Below, one piece after another: positions 18,635 to 28,833 of a DNA stretch of 64,000 nt. Each line of letters begins with the position of its first letter. The first letter of the stretch is position 1. This DNA is from an uncultured Candidatus Saccharibacteria bacterium (GTDB taxonomy: Bacteria; Patescibacteriota; Minisyncoccia; Phycocordibacterales; UBA9973). Under the pieces are notes generated by a model. That model made no database searches. It saw only the letters and a program-made list of their open reading frames with translations, and had not been told where the DNA came from. The stretch lies in contig CAYXTA010000002.1 of NCBI GenBank assembly GCA_964468315.1, positions 319 to 64,318 of the forward strand, read 5' to 3'. A program made the translations under genes and the position numbers.

Positions 18635-19300
18635 TTAAGCTAATTCTATCCTTCTGTAACCCATAAAAGGACTAGTTGCATTTAAATCGACATATTTAGG
18701 AAACATTCTTCCATCTTTGGATAAATACATAACACGAGCTTTTCCTCCTACTACCGTAGAAAGAATTGTCATTTTTTGTTTATCGTATCTGTCTCCTTTT
18801 TCATAACGTCTCATAAAAGCAGTCGCAAGATATTCCCTAGTATCCGTAATAATGGTACCAGTTTCTAATGCATCATTATGACTAAGTCCAATCAAATGCA
18901 CCTCAGGATCGTCAAAATAACCAATTACATAATCACCCTTAGGCCTAACAGGTTTTACAATATCAAGACCATTTATAAGTTTTACAAAAATCTGATTCTC
19001 ACCAAACTTCTTCGCGTAAGCTTTTCGATAATCTTCTTCAGAAATATCATCAAAAATATAAGTTACACGATTAATATTTAAATGATGTTTCGGCATTGGT
19101 AAATCAGGAAATTTTGTAAGACCAAAAATTTTTTTGTAAAAATTTTGAGCTTTTTTTATTTCTTCATACCAATGATAATTTTGACCTGGACTAAAATCAA
19201 CAGGCTTCTGTGTTTTTTCAATTTCTTGTTTTTTGGTAAATTCTGCTCCATATGATCTAGCTTCGTCATCATCGGATAGTCTTATACTTGAATGTATCAT
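18635..19300 (-). CDS. Hypothetical protein, unrecognised.
   Basis: 221-aa ORF with typical local codon usage. No motif I can place. Confidence 0.5.
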   Translation of the reverse strand: MIHSSIRLSDDDEARSYGAEFTKKQEIEKTQKPVDFSPGQNYHWYEEIKKAQNFYKKIFGLTKFPDLPMPKHHLNINRVTYIFDDISEEDYRKAYAKKFGENQIFVKLINGLDIVKPVRPKGDYVIGYFDDPEVHLIGLSHNDALETGTIITDTREYLATAFMRRYEKGDRYDKQKMTILSTVVGGKARVMYLSKDGRMFPKYVDLNATSPFMGYRRIELA

Positions 19301-19388
19301 TGTCTTATTTTTTTGTGAATGAACTTATCAGTTCTTCTGGTTTATACTATAAACATTATATACTTTTTAAGTAAAAAGTCAATAGATA

Positions 19389-20090
19389 TTAGTTATTTTG
19401 TGTTTTAGGTAAAACTTTAGTAGCTTTTACTTTTGGTAGTATTTTTTCTATTTCTTCAATAGTGGAGAACCCTGTTACCTTCTTTTCATTTATGATTAAC
19501 GCTGGAAGTTTTGTATCTTCTATTTTATAAATCTTTATAAGTGCATGAAGTGCAGAAAGATCTAAATTATAATCAAAAGAATATACTCGGAGATCCGGAT
19601 ATTTCTTACGAAGCTCAGTTAAAACAAAACCTTGCTTTGTACATTCAGTACAATTTTCTGCTGTTGTATAAAAATACAAAATAGAAGAACGTTTTTGGCC
19701 ACAACGCTCATTTATTTTCTTCATCAACAAATAATCTTTAATTTCAAGAATAGTATAATATCTTTTTAATTCTGTTGCTGTTTCATTTGTTTTGAAGTTT
19801 GATTCACTGTATTCTATCTTTTGAGCCATATCAGAAAGTTCGTCGGAAAGATTTTCCTGTCCATCGTTTTGACTACAAGAAAGCTCAGAAAGAAGAGTGA
19901 ATTGAGTTTCAGAAGACAAAATATCTGTGGAAAGTTTATCTTGAATATCACGCATTGTTTGTATTTTTTTATTTGTAAAAAAATTACTAAGCCCTCCTGC
20001 TGTAGCAAAAAGTCCTAATGTAATAACAAAAACTACAATATATTTAAACCAATCATTTTTCTTTAAATTTTTTTCTATATTTGTTTCCAT
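19389..20090 (-). CDS. Membrane-anchored thioredoxin-fold protein with a CxxC motif.
   Basis: 233 aa with an N-terminal TM ('WFKYIVVFVITLGLFATAGG'). 'AENCTECTKQG' is a CxxC in a thioredoxin-like context. Confidence 0.45.
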   Translation of the reverse strand: METNIEKNLKKNDWFKYIVVFVITLGLFATAGGLSNFFTNKKIQTMRDIQDKLSTDILSSETQFTLLSELSCSQNDGQENLSDELSDMAQKIEYSESNFKTNETATELKRYYTILEIKDYLLMKKINERCGQKRSSILYFYTTAENCTECTKQGFVLTELRKKYPDLRVYSFDYNLDLSALHALIKIYKIEDTKLPALIINEKKVTGFSTIEEIEKILPKVKATKVLPKTQNN

Positions 20091-20100
20091 ATATTTATAT

Positions 20101-21390
20101 TTATTTATTTTGAACAGGGTTTTCTATTAAATAATCTCTTTCATTTGACCAACTTGCTTCATGTGAAGTTATAGCGTTATATACTGCTTTTAAGAGCCAA
20201 ATTGGGGCTAAAACACTGTATATAACCAAAAAAACTGGAATGTCCCAAGAAGTATACTTTCCCCTGCCATAGATCATTTTTCTACCATTAAGCAATCCAG
20301 CAATAACCAAAATATACAATATTATAGATATAAACACAAAAGCCTTTGTACTTAGAAAGAAAAGATTAAAAGAAAATAAATTACCACCCAAAACATGAAA
20401 ACCAACAGCCTGAGATTCTAAAACTTTTTTTGCTACATACTCATACAACCTTGTGAAAGAAAAAAACAAAAGAAATATCGTACCAGTAATAGAAATAATA
20501 CCTGATGGTAATGTAAAGATTCCGATAGTTCCATATTTAGGACGGAAAAATAATTCTCTATAATCAAAAGCATTTCTTATGAAACCATAAATCCAACGTA
20601 CGCGCTGACGATATAATTTAGGTATACTATTTGGACTTCCTGTATACACATAAGCATCTGGACAATGATCTATCTTCAAACCATTCTTTTGCATTCGAAG
20701 AGCTATTTCTTGATCTTCCGTATGGTGTGCTTTTCTGTAAATACCAATTTTATCAAATACTGTTTTACGAAAAATAGAAAAAGGACCAGGAGTTACGTGT
20801 ATACCTCCTAAAAATGCCAACATTTTTTTATTGTAATGTGCCATATCATATTCTGCACGTTGTGCGTACTGGAGAATATTTTTTGGATTACGAACTACTA
20901 TACTAGGAGCTACAGCCATTGTATCTTCATTTACAAAATAACTCATTATCCTTTTTAAGGATTCAGGGTGAACAGTAGAATCAGCATCAAGACAACCAAC
21001 AAATTCTGTTTGAGTATTTTCTAAGCCCTTGTTTAAAGCATTATGTTTCCCTACTTTTTTTTCTTGAAAAATTCTTATTTGAGAATTTTTTTCTAAATTT
21101 TGTAAAACATTCCAAGTGCCATCTTTGGAAGCGTTATCTACAACAATAATTTCTAACCTATCTTTTGGGTAATCAAGTTCGAGCAACGAATCAATAGTAT
21201 TTAAAACGGTTTTCTCTTCGTTATAGCAAGGTACTATTATGGTAACAGTTGGATACTCATTAAGCGTAATAGCATCTTTTCTGATTATGATTTTTTTTCT
21301 ATTTTCAAAAAAAGTAACAAGTAAAAAAACTTGCACGTAAACGGCCAAAAAACTAACTATGTAAAATAAAATACCAAAAACTGAAGCCAT
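20101..21390 (-). CDS. Processive family-2 glycosyltransferase (PgaC/IcaA/cellulose-synthase-like) with integrated TM helices.
   Basis: 429 aa. GT2 signatures 'IIVPCYNEE', 'VVDNASKDGT' and 'CLDADS', the processive motif Q-R-V-R-W ('YRQRVRWIYG'), and N- and C-terminal TM segments. Confidence 0.8.
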   Translation of the reverse strand: MASVFGILFYIVSFLAVYVQVFLLVTFFENRKKIIIRKDAITLNEYPTVTIIVPCYNEEKTVLNTIDSLLELDYPKDRLEIIVVDNASKDGTWNVLQNLEKNSQIRIFQEKKVGKHNALNKGLENTQTEFVGCLDADSTVHPESLKRIMSYFVNEDTMAVAPSIVVRNPKNILQYAQRAEYDMAHYNKKMLAFLGGIHVTPGPFSIFRKTVFDKIGIYRKAHHTEDQEIALRMQKNGLKIDHCPDAYVYTGSPNSIPKLYRQRVRWIYGFIRNAFDYRELFFRPKYGTIGIFTLPSGIISITGTIFLLFFSFTRLYEYVAKKVLESQAVGFHVLGGNLFSFNLFFLSTKAFVFISIILYILVIAGLLNGRKMIYGRGKYTSWDIPVFLVIYSVLAPIWLLKAVYNAITSHEASWSNERDYLIENPVQNK

Positions 21391-21417
21391 AAAATTATAT
21401 ATATTTTAACAGAAAAT

Positions 21418-21466
21418 AGCCCAAAAAGCAATCAGCCTCGCACGTAAGTGCGAGGCTGATTTTTCT
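21418..21466. terminator. Strong hairpin terminator serving gene 21487..21765 (-); it looks bidirectional.
   Basis: Perfect 13-bp stem atcagcctcgcac/gtgcgaggctgat with loop gtaa. T-runs lie on both sides. It is a conspicuous GC-rich patch in AT-rich DNA. Confidence 0.7.
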
Positions 21467-21486
21467 ATAATTTATTAAAAAACAAA

Positions 21487-21765
21487 TTACATATTTGAAG
21501 ATTCTTTTGGTCCCATTCCACAAGTTGCACATCCTTCCATACATTTCTTGCACTTACAACCAAAGATCATAACAACAGCAGAAACACCTACGAGAACATA
21601 AACAATTGCTTCTATCATTGGCATTGTACCAAAAAGCATATTTACTAAATTCCAACTGTTCATACTATTCATAAGCATACCGACTCCTACCAAGCCCCAA
21701 TTCAATCCACCAACAATAACTAAAATCTTTGCTATCATTGCTGGAACACATTTACAATTTTTCAT
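21487..21765 (-). CDS. DUF378-family small membrane protein with a Cys-rich C-terminal tail.
   Basis: 92 aa. 'GGLNWGLVG' matches the conserved DUF378 motif. The tail reads CKCKKCMEGCATCG, seven Cys in 15 residues. Confidence 0.6.
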   Translation of the reverse strand: MKNCKCVPAMIAKILVIVGGLNWGLVGVGMLMNSMNSWNLVNMLFGTMPMIEAIVYVLVGVSAVVMIFGCKCKKCMEGCATCGMGPKESSNM

Positions 21766-21884
21766 AATTTTTTTATAATTAAATTATTAATAATAAAGGA
21801 CCTTTATAATAACTTTATTATAACATTAGAAGAAGTATGGTACAATAAGAAAAGTGGATTGTTTATTATTTAAATACATAAAAT

Positions 21885-22634
21885 ATGAATATTGAAGAAA
21901 ATACAAAAGAAGAAGTTCAAGAGATAAAAAACACAAAAGAAATAAACCTAAGCACTTCAATAATAATAGCTAGTATTGTTGTAGCTGGTTCTGTGCTTAT
22001 AGGTTTTTCTTGGTTAAAAAACGGATCTTCTCCTAAGGCAAATGAAGCTATAAAAAATGTTCGAAACGATATTAAAGCATTAGAAACAGTTCCACCTATT
22101 TCTACAAGTGATAAAGTTCTAGGAAATCCTAATGCAGAAATTACAATTATAGAATATTCTGATTTTCAATGCCCTTTCTGTGGCAGATTTCATAAAGATG
22201 CAGAAGAAACAATTAAAAATAATTATGTAAATAAAGGTTTAGTTTCTTTCGTATATAGAGACTTCGCTTTTCTTGGAGATGAATCTATAAAATCAGCAGA
22301 AGCTGCAAAATGTGCAGATGATCAAGGAAAATTCTGGGAATATCACGACTATCTTTTCACACACCAAAAAGGTGAAAATCAAGGTAATTTTTCAAATAAA
22401 AATCTAAAATCTTTTGCTAGCGAATTAGGATTAAATACTACGATATTTAATAAATGTCTTGATTCTGATAAATACAAACAAGCAGTGTTAGATGAAACAA
22501 GTGCAGGATCTCAAGCTGGTGTAGAAGGTACGCCTAAAAGCTTTATATTAAAAAATGGTGAAGTTGTAGATACTATAGACGGCGCAGAACCTTCAAATAG
22601 TGTAATAAATAAATTAGATAAAGTATTAAGATAA
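21885..22634 (+). CDS. DsbA-family thiol:disulfide oxidoreductase, membrane anchored.
   Basis: 249 aa with an N-terminal TM. 'YSDFQCPFCGRFH' is a CPFC active site in the canonical DsbA/BdbD context. Confidence 0.8.
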   Translation: MNIEENTKEEVQEIKNTKEINLSTSIIIASIVVAGSVLIGFSWLKNGSSPKANEAIKNVRNDIKALETVPPISTSDKVLGNPNAEITIIEYSDFQCPFCGRFHKDAEETIKNNYVNKGLVSFVYRDFAFLGDESIKSAEAAKCADDQGKFWEYHDYLFTHQKGENQGNFSNKNLKSFASELGLNTTIFNKCLDSDKYKQAVLDETSAGSQAGVEGTPKSFILKNGEVVDTIDGAEPSNSVINKLDKVLR

Positions 22635-22642
22635 AAAAAGAA

Positions 22643-22680
22643 AAATCCCTAACAAATATTTATTTGTTAGGGATTTTTTA
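22643..22680. terminator. Bidirectional terminator between convergent genes.
   Basis: Perfect palindrome tccctaacaaata-ttt-atttgttaggga followed by a T-run. Confidence 0.65.
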
Positions 22681-22691
22681 ATAGATTCGAT

Positions 22692-23042
22692 CTATTCACC
22701 CTCTTTGATTTCTCCTGTTTTTTTAACAAAAATAAGATTTAAGGCTTCAACAAAAGCTGATTGAATAGCATTAGAGAATTCTCTTACCATGTGTAAAGCA
22801 TTACCTTCAATTTCAATAAATTTTTCATCAATTTTTATTTTGATATCCATTAAATATGAAGAAACCTCTAGTCTTATGTAGGAAAATGAATACTCTTCAA
22901 TAAATTTTATTTCATGAGTTAAAAGAGGATTGGCTATTTTGGAATCAAATTTCCATTTACCTAAAATTTTTAGTTGTTTGATTTTTTCAATAGCGGTCTC
23001 TTGATCCACATTATGTTCAAGAATAATTTTGAAACTTTTCAT
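22692..23042 (-). CDS. Hypothetical protein.
   Basis: 116-aa ORF with no recognisable motif. Confidence 0.45.
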   Translation of the reverse strand: MKSFKIILEHNVDQETAIEKIKQLKILGKWKFDSKIANPLLTHEIKFIEEYSFSYIRLEVSSYLMDIKIKIDEKFIEIEGNALHMVREFSNAIQSAFVEALNLIFVKKTGEIKEGE

Positions 23043-23165
23043 TTTTATTAGATTTAATTATTTATACTAATTTATTTATCAAAGTTATTTTGATTTATAA
23101 TATAGTAAAAATAAAAAAAGTCAATAAAATACAAATTTAAAACATTATTTTCAATTTGACAAATT

Positions 23166-24467
23166 TTGTGTATAATCAATAAATATATGGAAAAATGGCG
23201 TAAAAGTATACTTTTTATTGGTGATGGACTTTCTCTTTGTCTGGCTGGATACTTGATGTTAATAAGTCGTTTTGGTTTACCGAAGGCAACAGAACAAATC
23301 CCCCTGCACTTAAAACCATTCATAATTTGGGGTATTTTAGTTTTTCTAATTTTCTATATTTTTAATTTGTACGAAGTAAGTGCGCTAAAACCAACACTCA
23401 ATAACATAAGACAATTTATTTTTGCAATCATTGTAAGTGCAATAACAGGAATAATATTATTTTATATTTTCCCTTTTTCTGTTACACCAAAAACAAATTT
23501 AATCATAACTCAACTATACTTTACTTTTTTCATTTTAATTTGGAGAAGATCTTTCTATCGTCTTTTTTCAAAAAAATTCAAAAACAATATTGCGTTTATA
23601 GGAGAAACACCTGAATCAAAAATACTTATTAAAAACATAACAGATAATCCTCCTATTGGATATGAATACAAAGGTACTTTTGAAAATTTTGAAATGCTGC
23701 AAAAAAGTAATTTTAAAATAAATACGGTTGTATATGCTTCTAGTAATAGTAATATTGATTTATTAGAACTAAGTAGATCAAATTATATTCACTTAGATAT
23801 AAACAAGGCTTTTCAGATTATTCTTTCTAAAATACCAGTTGAACTTATGAATGATGTAATTGCTCTTGATATGCTTGAAGATAGAAAAAATATTCTATCT
23901 AAAACAATAGAAAGGTTTTTAGATATATTTTTTTCTGTATTAGTGTTAATAATAACTCTCCCAATAACAATAGTTACTTCATTTTTAATATACACAGAAG
24001 ATGGTAAAAATATTTTTTACAAACAAAAACGTATCGGGTTAAAAAATAAAGAATTCTCAATAATAAAATTTCGCTCAATGAAAATTGATGCCGAAAAAAA
24101 TGGAGCTGTATGGGCGAGCTCTGAAGATATACGCATAACTCGTATAGGAAAAATAATACGCAAACTTCACATCGATGAAATACCTCAAATGATCAATATT
24201 CTTCGTGGTGATATAACACTCGTAGGGCCAAGACCAGAAAGACCAGAATTCGTAAATATGCTTGAAAAAGAAATTCCATATTATTTTTTAAGACACACAA
24301 TAAAACCCGGATTCACTGGTTGGGCTCAAATAAAATATCGATACGCTCGCACCATAGAAGATTCAAAAGAAAAATTTGAATATGACTTACACTATATAAA
24401 AAACAGAAATTTTTTTCTTGATATGGGAATTATTGTGAGAACAATACAAATAATATTTACTCATTAA
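23166..24467 (+). CDS. Polyprenyl-phosphate hexose-1-phosphate transferase (WbaP/bacterial sugar transferase family), the initiating enzyme.
   Basis: 433 aa. The N-terminus is multi-TM. The C-terminal 'bacterial sugar transferase' domain reads 'KRIGLKNKEFSIIKFRSM...ITLVGPRPERPEF'. The real start may be the ATG at 23187. Confidence 0.85.
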   Translation: MCIINKYMEKWRKSILFIGDGLSLCLAGYLMLISRFGLPKATEQIPLHLKPFIIWGILVFLIFYIFNLYEVSALKPTLNNIRQFIFAIIVSAITGIILFYIFPFSVTPKTNLIITQLYFTFFILIWRRSFYRLFSKKFKNNIAFIGETPESKILIKNITDNPPIGYEYKGTFENFEMLQKSNFKINTVVYASSNSNIDLLELSRSNYIHLDINKAFQIILSKIPVELMNDVIALDMLEDRKNILSKTIERFLDIFFSVLVLIITLPITIVTSFLIYTEDGKNIFYKQKRIGLKNKEFSIIKFRSMKIDAEKNGAVWASSEDIRITRIGKIIRKLHIDEIPQMINILRGDITLVGPRPERPEFVNMLEKEIPYYFLRHTIKPGFTGWAQIKYRYARTIEDSKEKFEYDLHYIKNRNFFLDMGIIVRTIQIIFTH

Positions 24468-24503
24468 ACTGGAAAAAAACCTATAAAATGCTAGTATAGA
24501 ATT

Positions 24504-25331
24504 ATGAGCCACACTCATACTACAGTTATAAAACCTAAGAAATTATTTAGTTTTTCTGACCTAAAAGAAATATGGGAATACAGAGAATTGCTCTATTTTT
24601 TCACATGGAGAGATTTAAAAGTACGTTATAAACAAACAGTTATCGGTGTACTTTGGGCAATATTGCAACCATTTATCACAATGGTAGTATTTACTGTTTT
24701 TTTTGGTGGTTTATTAAAAATTTCTTCTGACGGAGTACCCTACCCTATTTTTGTTTATACCGGTCTTTTGTTTTGGCAATTTTTTTCTTCTGCTCTTACA
24801 GATACGAGTAATGTGCTAATAACAAATCAATCAATAATCACAAAAGTTTATTTCCCAAGACTTTTACTTCCCCTTTCTTCTGTAATGACAAAATTTATTG
24901 ATTTTGCATTTGCTTCGATAATACTAATCGGTATGATGTTCTATTATGGATACACTCCAAACCTTTTAGGATTATTAATCCTCCCCCTTCTTTTAATAAT
25001 CACATTTATGGCTTCAGTCGGTCTTGGCCTTTTTCTCGCTTCAGTAAATGTAAAATACAGAGATGTACGTTATGCTTTACCATTTTTTATACAAATACTT
25101 ATGTTTGTCACACCAGTTATTTATCCAGCAGGAATTGCAGGAAAATATTCTTGGATACTTGCACTCAACCCCATGATGGGTGTCATTCAAAGTGCTCGTG
25201 CTGCATTACTTGGAACAACGGTTCTAAACTGGACATTAGTTAGTATTTCACTTTTTGCTACTTTTATCTTTATGTTATTCGGAATTTACACATTCAAAAA
25301 AACAGAAAGATATTTTGCTGATTTAATTTAA
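24504..25331 (+). CDS. wzm: ABC-2 type polysaccharide export permease (Wzm/TagG-like).
   Basis: 275 aa with six predicted TM helices and an ABC-2 family profile. It sits immediately upstream of the cognate ATPase. Confidence 0.8.
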   Translation: MSHTHTTVIKPKKLFSFSDLKEIWEYRELLYFFTWRDLKVRYKQTVIGVLWAILQPFITMVVFTVFFGGLLKISSDGVPYPIFVYTGLLFWQFFSSALTDTSNVLITNQSIITKVYFPRLLLPLSSVMTKFIDFAFASIILIGMMFYYGYTPNLLGLLILPLLLIITFMASVGLGLFLASVNVKYRDVRYALPFFIQILMFVTPVIYPAGIAGKYSWILALNPMMGVIQSARAALLGTTVLNWTLVSISLFATFIFMLFGIYTFKKTERYFADLI

Positions 25332-25335
25332 ATAT

Positions 25336-26574
25336 ATGGAAAAACCAATAATACAAGTAAAAAATATAGGTAAGAAATACAACATTAATCATCAAAAAAT
25401 TGGTTATGTTACACTACGAGATAAAATAACAAATGTATTTGTGAATCCTTTTTCTTTTTTAATAAATAAAATTAAACAAGTCGCTGGTATAGGAACAAAA
25501 GAAGAATTTTGGGCATTAAAAGATATAAATTTTGAAATAAAAAAAGGTGAAGTTGTAGGTATTGTTGGCCAAAATGGTGCAGGAAAATCTACATTATTAA
25601 AAATACTTTCACAAATCACTCCACCGACGACCGGAGAGATCAAAATCCACGGTACTGTTGGGAGTTTACTTGAAGTTGGAACAGGTTTTCATCCAGAACT
25701 TACAGGAAGAGAAAATATATTTTTAAATGGTGCTATTTTGGGTATAAAGAAAAAAGATATAATAAAGAAATTTGAAAAAATCGTAGAATTTGCAGGTATT
25801 GAGAAATTTCTAGACACTCCAGTAAAATACTACTCTAGTGGAATGTATGTTCGTCTCGCCTTCTCTGTCGCAGCTCATATGGAAACAGATATATTGATTA
25901 TTGATGAAGTACTCGCTGTTGGTGATGCTGAATTTCAAAAAAAATGCCTTGGTAAAATGGAAGATATTACAAAAAACCAAGGACGCACTATTTTATTTGT
26001 TAGTCATAATATGGAGGCAGTTAAAAAAATATGTGAAAAAGTTATTTGGTTAGAAAAAGGATCTGTAAAAGATATTGATAGTACAGAAAAAATAATAAAA
26101 GAATATTTAAATCAAAACAATGATGGTGTGTCTGAAAAATGGATAAATAAAAATAATGTTAAAGAAAATATTTTCTTTAAACCAGAAGTTTTTGAAATAA
26201 TAAGAGAAGATAAAGATATATATATAAAAATAGAAGCAGAAATAAAAGAAATAAATAAAGAGTTAACAATAGGATATGCTTTGTACACAGAAAATATGGA
26301 ACTTTTATACTGGTCATATCAAACAGATGACAATGATATTGAATTAAAAGTTGGTAAAAATATTTTTCAATCAAAACTACCATTAGAAATTTTAAACAAT
26401 GGAAGATATATAATAGAATTAATCGGTGGTATACATGGAAAAGAATGGTTTTTTGAACCAAATAAAGGAAACCCAACATTAATAGTCGAAATAAATAAAG
26501 AATTTAATAATAAACCATTCTGGATTAACCAAAGACCTGGAATATTAGCACCAAAAATATCATGGAAAATATAG
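25336..26574 (+). CDS. wzt: ABC transporter ATP-binding protein (Wzt/TagH-like) with a C-terminal extension of about 170 aa.
   Basis: 412 aa with Walker A 'GQNGAGKST', signature 'YSSGM', and Walker B 'ILIIDE'. The C-terminal extension resembles a Wzt substrate-binding domain. Confidence 0.85.
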   Translation: MEKPIIQVKNIGKKYNINHQKIGYVTLRDKITNVFVNPFSFLINKIKQVAGIGTKEEFWALKDINFEIKKGEVVGIVGQNGAGKSTLLKILSQITPPTTGEIKIHGTVGSLLEVGTGFHPELTGRENIFLNGAILGIKKKDIIKKFEKIVEFAGIEKFLDTPVKYYSSGMYVRLAFSVAAHMETDILIIDEVLAVGDAEFQKKCLGKMEDITKNQGRTILFVSHNMEAVKKICEKVIWLEKGSVKDIDSTEKIIKEYLNQNNDGVSEKWINKNNVKENIFFKPEVFEIIREDKDIYIKIEAEIKEINKELTIGYALYTENMELLYWSYQTDDNDIELKVGKNIFQSKLPLEILNNGRYIIELIGGIHGKEWFFEPNKGNPTLIVEINKEFNNKPFWINQRPGILAPKISWKI

Positions 26575-28031
26575 AAATATATAAAAAGAATATCACTTCC
26601 CAATGGGGAGAGGATGGAATCACAGAAGAAATATTTAAAAGAATCAGTACAAAAGAAAGATTTTGTATAGAATTTGGGGCTTGGGATGGAAAACATTTAA
26701 GTAATGTATGGAACTTATGGCATGAAAATAATTGGTCTGCCCTTTTAATAGAAGGCGATGAGAAAAAATGTAAAGATTTAGAAATATCAGTTTCTAAATT
26801 TCCAAAAGTAAAACCATATTGTGCATTTGTAAAAAAAGAAGGTGAAAATTCTTTAGACAAAATATTAGCGAAAACATTTCCAAATAAAGAAATAGATTTA
26901 CTCTCTATTGATATAGACGGAAATGATTATTACATATTAGAAACTCTCATAGCTAAACCAAGAGTAATCATAATTGAATATAATCCTACAATACCTGTGA
27001 GTTTAGATTTAGTGCAAGGAGAAGATCAATACTTTGGTTCTTCTGCTTTATCTATCAATACTCTTGCTCATCAAAAAGGTTACAAATTAGTATGTATTAC
27101 TGAAACAAATATGTTTTTTGTAAGAGAAGACGAATTTTCAAAATTAGGAATAGATGAGCCTGTACTTGAAAAAATTTTTATTTCAAAACACCTAACATAT
27201 ATAATAACTGGGTATGACGGAACTCCTGTATTAACACAAATACCTACATATAATAATATTCTTAAACTTACAAAACGTGAGATAAATTTCAAAAATGTTA
27301 AACTACCAACAATAAATTTTTCAATATATAAATCAACAAAATCATATATAAAAAATATTACAATTATTTTAGAAAAGATATTGTTAAAAATAAGTCTTTT
27401 TTTTAGAAAAAATAAAAAAGAAGATGAGCAAACAAAAAGAGTTATTCCTTGGTTTAAAATAGATGGAGATAAAACATTAAGAATAAATTATGAGCTTAAT
27501 GGTTCTTCTGTTGTTGTTGATGTTGGTGGATACGAGGGACAGTGGTCAAGTGATATTTTTGCAAAATACCAATGTACTATACATATATTTGAACCAGTAA
27601 AAAGTTTTTTTGAGAAAATAAAAGAAAGATTTACTAAAAACAATAAAATAAATATATATAATTTAGGACTTTCAAATAAAAACAGAGAGATGTCTATCTC
27701 TTTATTAGAAGATAGCTCTTCTTTGTTTAAAGAAGACGCTAAAAATGAACACATACTAGTAACTGATGCTTCAATCTTTTTCAAAGAAAATAATATTGAT
27801 CATATAGATCTAATAAAAATTAATATAGAAGGCGGTGAATATGATTTACTGGAAAATCTAATTGGAACTGGATTTATTTCAAAAATAAAAAATATTCAAG
27901 TACAATTTCACGATTTTGTACCTAACGCAAAAGAAAGAATGTTACAAATTCAAAAAGAATTAGAAGAAACTCACCACATCACTTACCAATATGAATTTGT
28001 TTGGGAAAATTGGGAAATAAATGAAAAATAA
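26562..28031 (+). CDS. Tandem FkbM-family SAM-dependent methyltransferase with two FkbM-like modules.
   Basis: 489 aa. Module 1 has 'CIEFGAWDGKH...IDLLSIDIDGNDYYILE'. Module 2 has 'VVVDVGGYEGQW...IDLIKINIEGGEYDLLE'. Confidence 0.65.
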   Translation: MENIEIYKKNITSQWGEDGITEEIFKRISTKERFCIEFGAWDGKHLSNVWNLWHENNWSALLIEGDEKKCKDLEISVSKFPKVKPYCAFVKKEGENSLDKILAKTFPNKEIDLLSIDIDGNDYYILETLIAKPRVIIIEYNPTIPVSLDLVQGEDQYFGSSALSINTLAHQKGYKLVCITETNMFFVREDEFSKLGIDEPVLEKIFISKHLTYIITGYDGTPVLTQIPTYNNILKLTKREINFKNVKLPTINFSIYKSTKSYIKNITIILEKILLKISLFFRKNKKEDEQTKRVIPWFKIDGDKTLRINYELNGSSVVVDVGGYEGQWSSDIFAKYQCTIHIFEPVKSFFEKIKERFTKNNKINIYNLGLSNKNREMSISLLEDSSSLFKEDAKNEHILVTDASIFFKENNIDHIDLIKINIEGGEYDLLENLIGTGFISKIKNIQVQFHDFVPNAKERMLQIQKELEETHHITYQYEFVWENWEINEK

Positions 28032-28833
28032 TTTAAATATAGAAATTTCAAATATTTCAGTTGTTATACCTAATTGGAATGGAGCAAAAACGCTTGAGAA
28101 TGTTATTAAAAGTTGCATAAATCAAACATTAAAACCTCTTGAGATACTTATTTGTGATGATGGATCAACAGATAATAGTAAAGAAGTTGTAGATCAAATA
28201 AATAATGATTTAGTTAAATGGATTCCACTTCCACACTCTAGAACACCAGCTATTCCTAGAAATAATGGAATAAAAATAAGCAAAGGAGAATGGATTGCTT
28301 TCTGTGATAGTGATGATGAATGGTTGCCGACAAAATTAGAAAAACAAATAAAAAAAGCTTATGAAACAAAATGCAAAGCTATCTGTACTAATGCAATAAG
28401 AAAAATAAATGGTATAAATATAATTGGAAATATGATCAATTATAAAAAAGAAAAAATATCTTTTAATGATTTATTAAATAGCAACAGTGTTGTGTGTAGC
28501 TCATCGATGATTCATAAATCAGTTCTTGAAAAAGTTGGCGGATTTTCAGAAGCAATAGAATACGGCAGTTATGCCGATTTTATATGCTGGCTTAGAATAA
28601 CCACTCAGACTAATTTTGCTTTTATTAATGAACCCTTGGTTATATATGACGACCACCCACAAACAAGTATACGGGCAAATGAAACATCAGCGGAAAGAAT
28701 AAAAATCCTAGCCTTAGATAATTTTATAATATGGTCAAAAAAAATGAATCTCCCCTATTTCAGATATCTTATAAAAAAGAATCTTATAAAAAATAAATTA
28801 TTAAATTTAATCAAAAAAATAATTCATGCTTAA
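28021..28833 (+). CDS. Family-2 glycosyltransferase.
   Basis: 270 aa. 'ISVVIPNWNGAKTL', 'ILICDDGSTDNS' and 'CDSDDEW' are GT-A motifs. Confidence 0.8.
   Translation: MKNNLNIEISNISVVIPNWNGAKTLENVIKSCINQTLKPLEILICDDGSTDNSKEVVDQINNDLVKWIPLPHSRTPAIPRNNGIKISKGEWIAFCDSDDEWLPTKLEKQIKKAYETKCKAICTNAIRKINGINIIGNMINYKKEKISFNDLLNSNSVVCSSSMIHKSVLEKVGGFSEAIEYGSYADFICWLRITTQTNFAFINEPLVIYDDHPQTSIRANETSAERIKILALDNFIIWSKKMNLPYFRYLIKKNLIKNKLLNLIKKIIHA

Noticed and set aside
23276-23295. aatccccctgca, shared between 23281 and 58146.
   Set aside because: A 12-nt coincidence without extended similarity. It is not a repeat family.
26177-27784. Minus-strand ORFs (26177..26479, 26367..26696, 26525..26860, 27080..27292, 27488..27784) overlapping wzt and the FkbM methyltransferase gene.
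   Set aside because: They are antisense to coding regions that carry clear Walker and FkbM motifs. Their translations are Leu/Phe/Ile-rich, as expected from AT-rich antisense frames.
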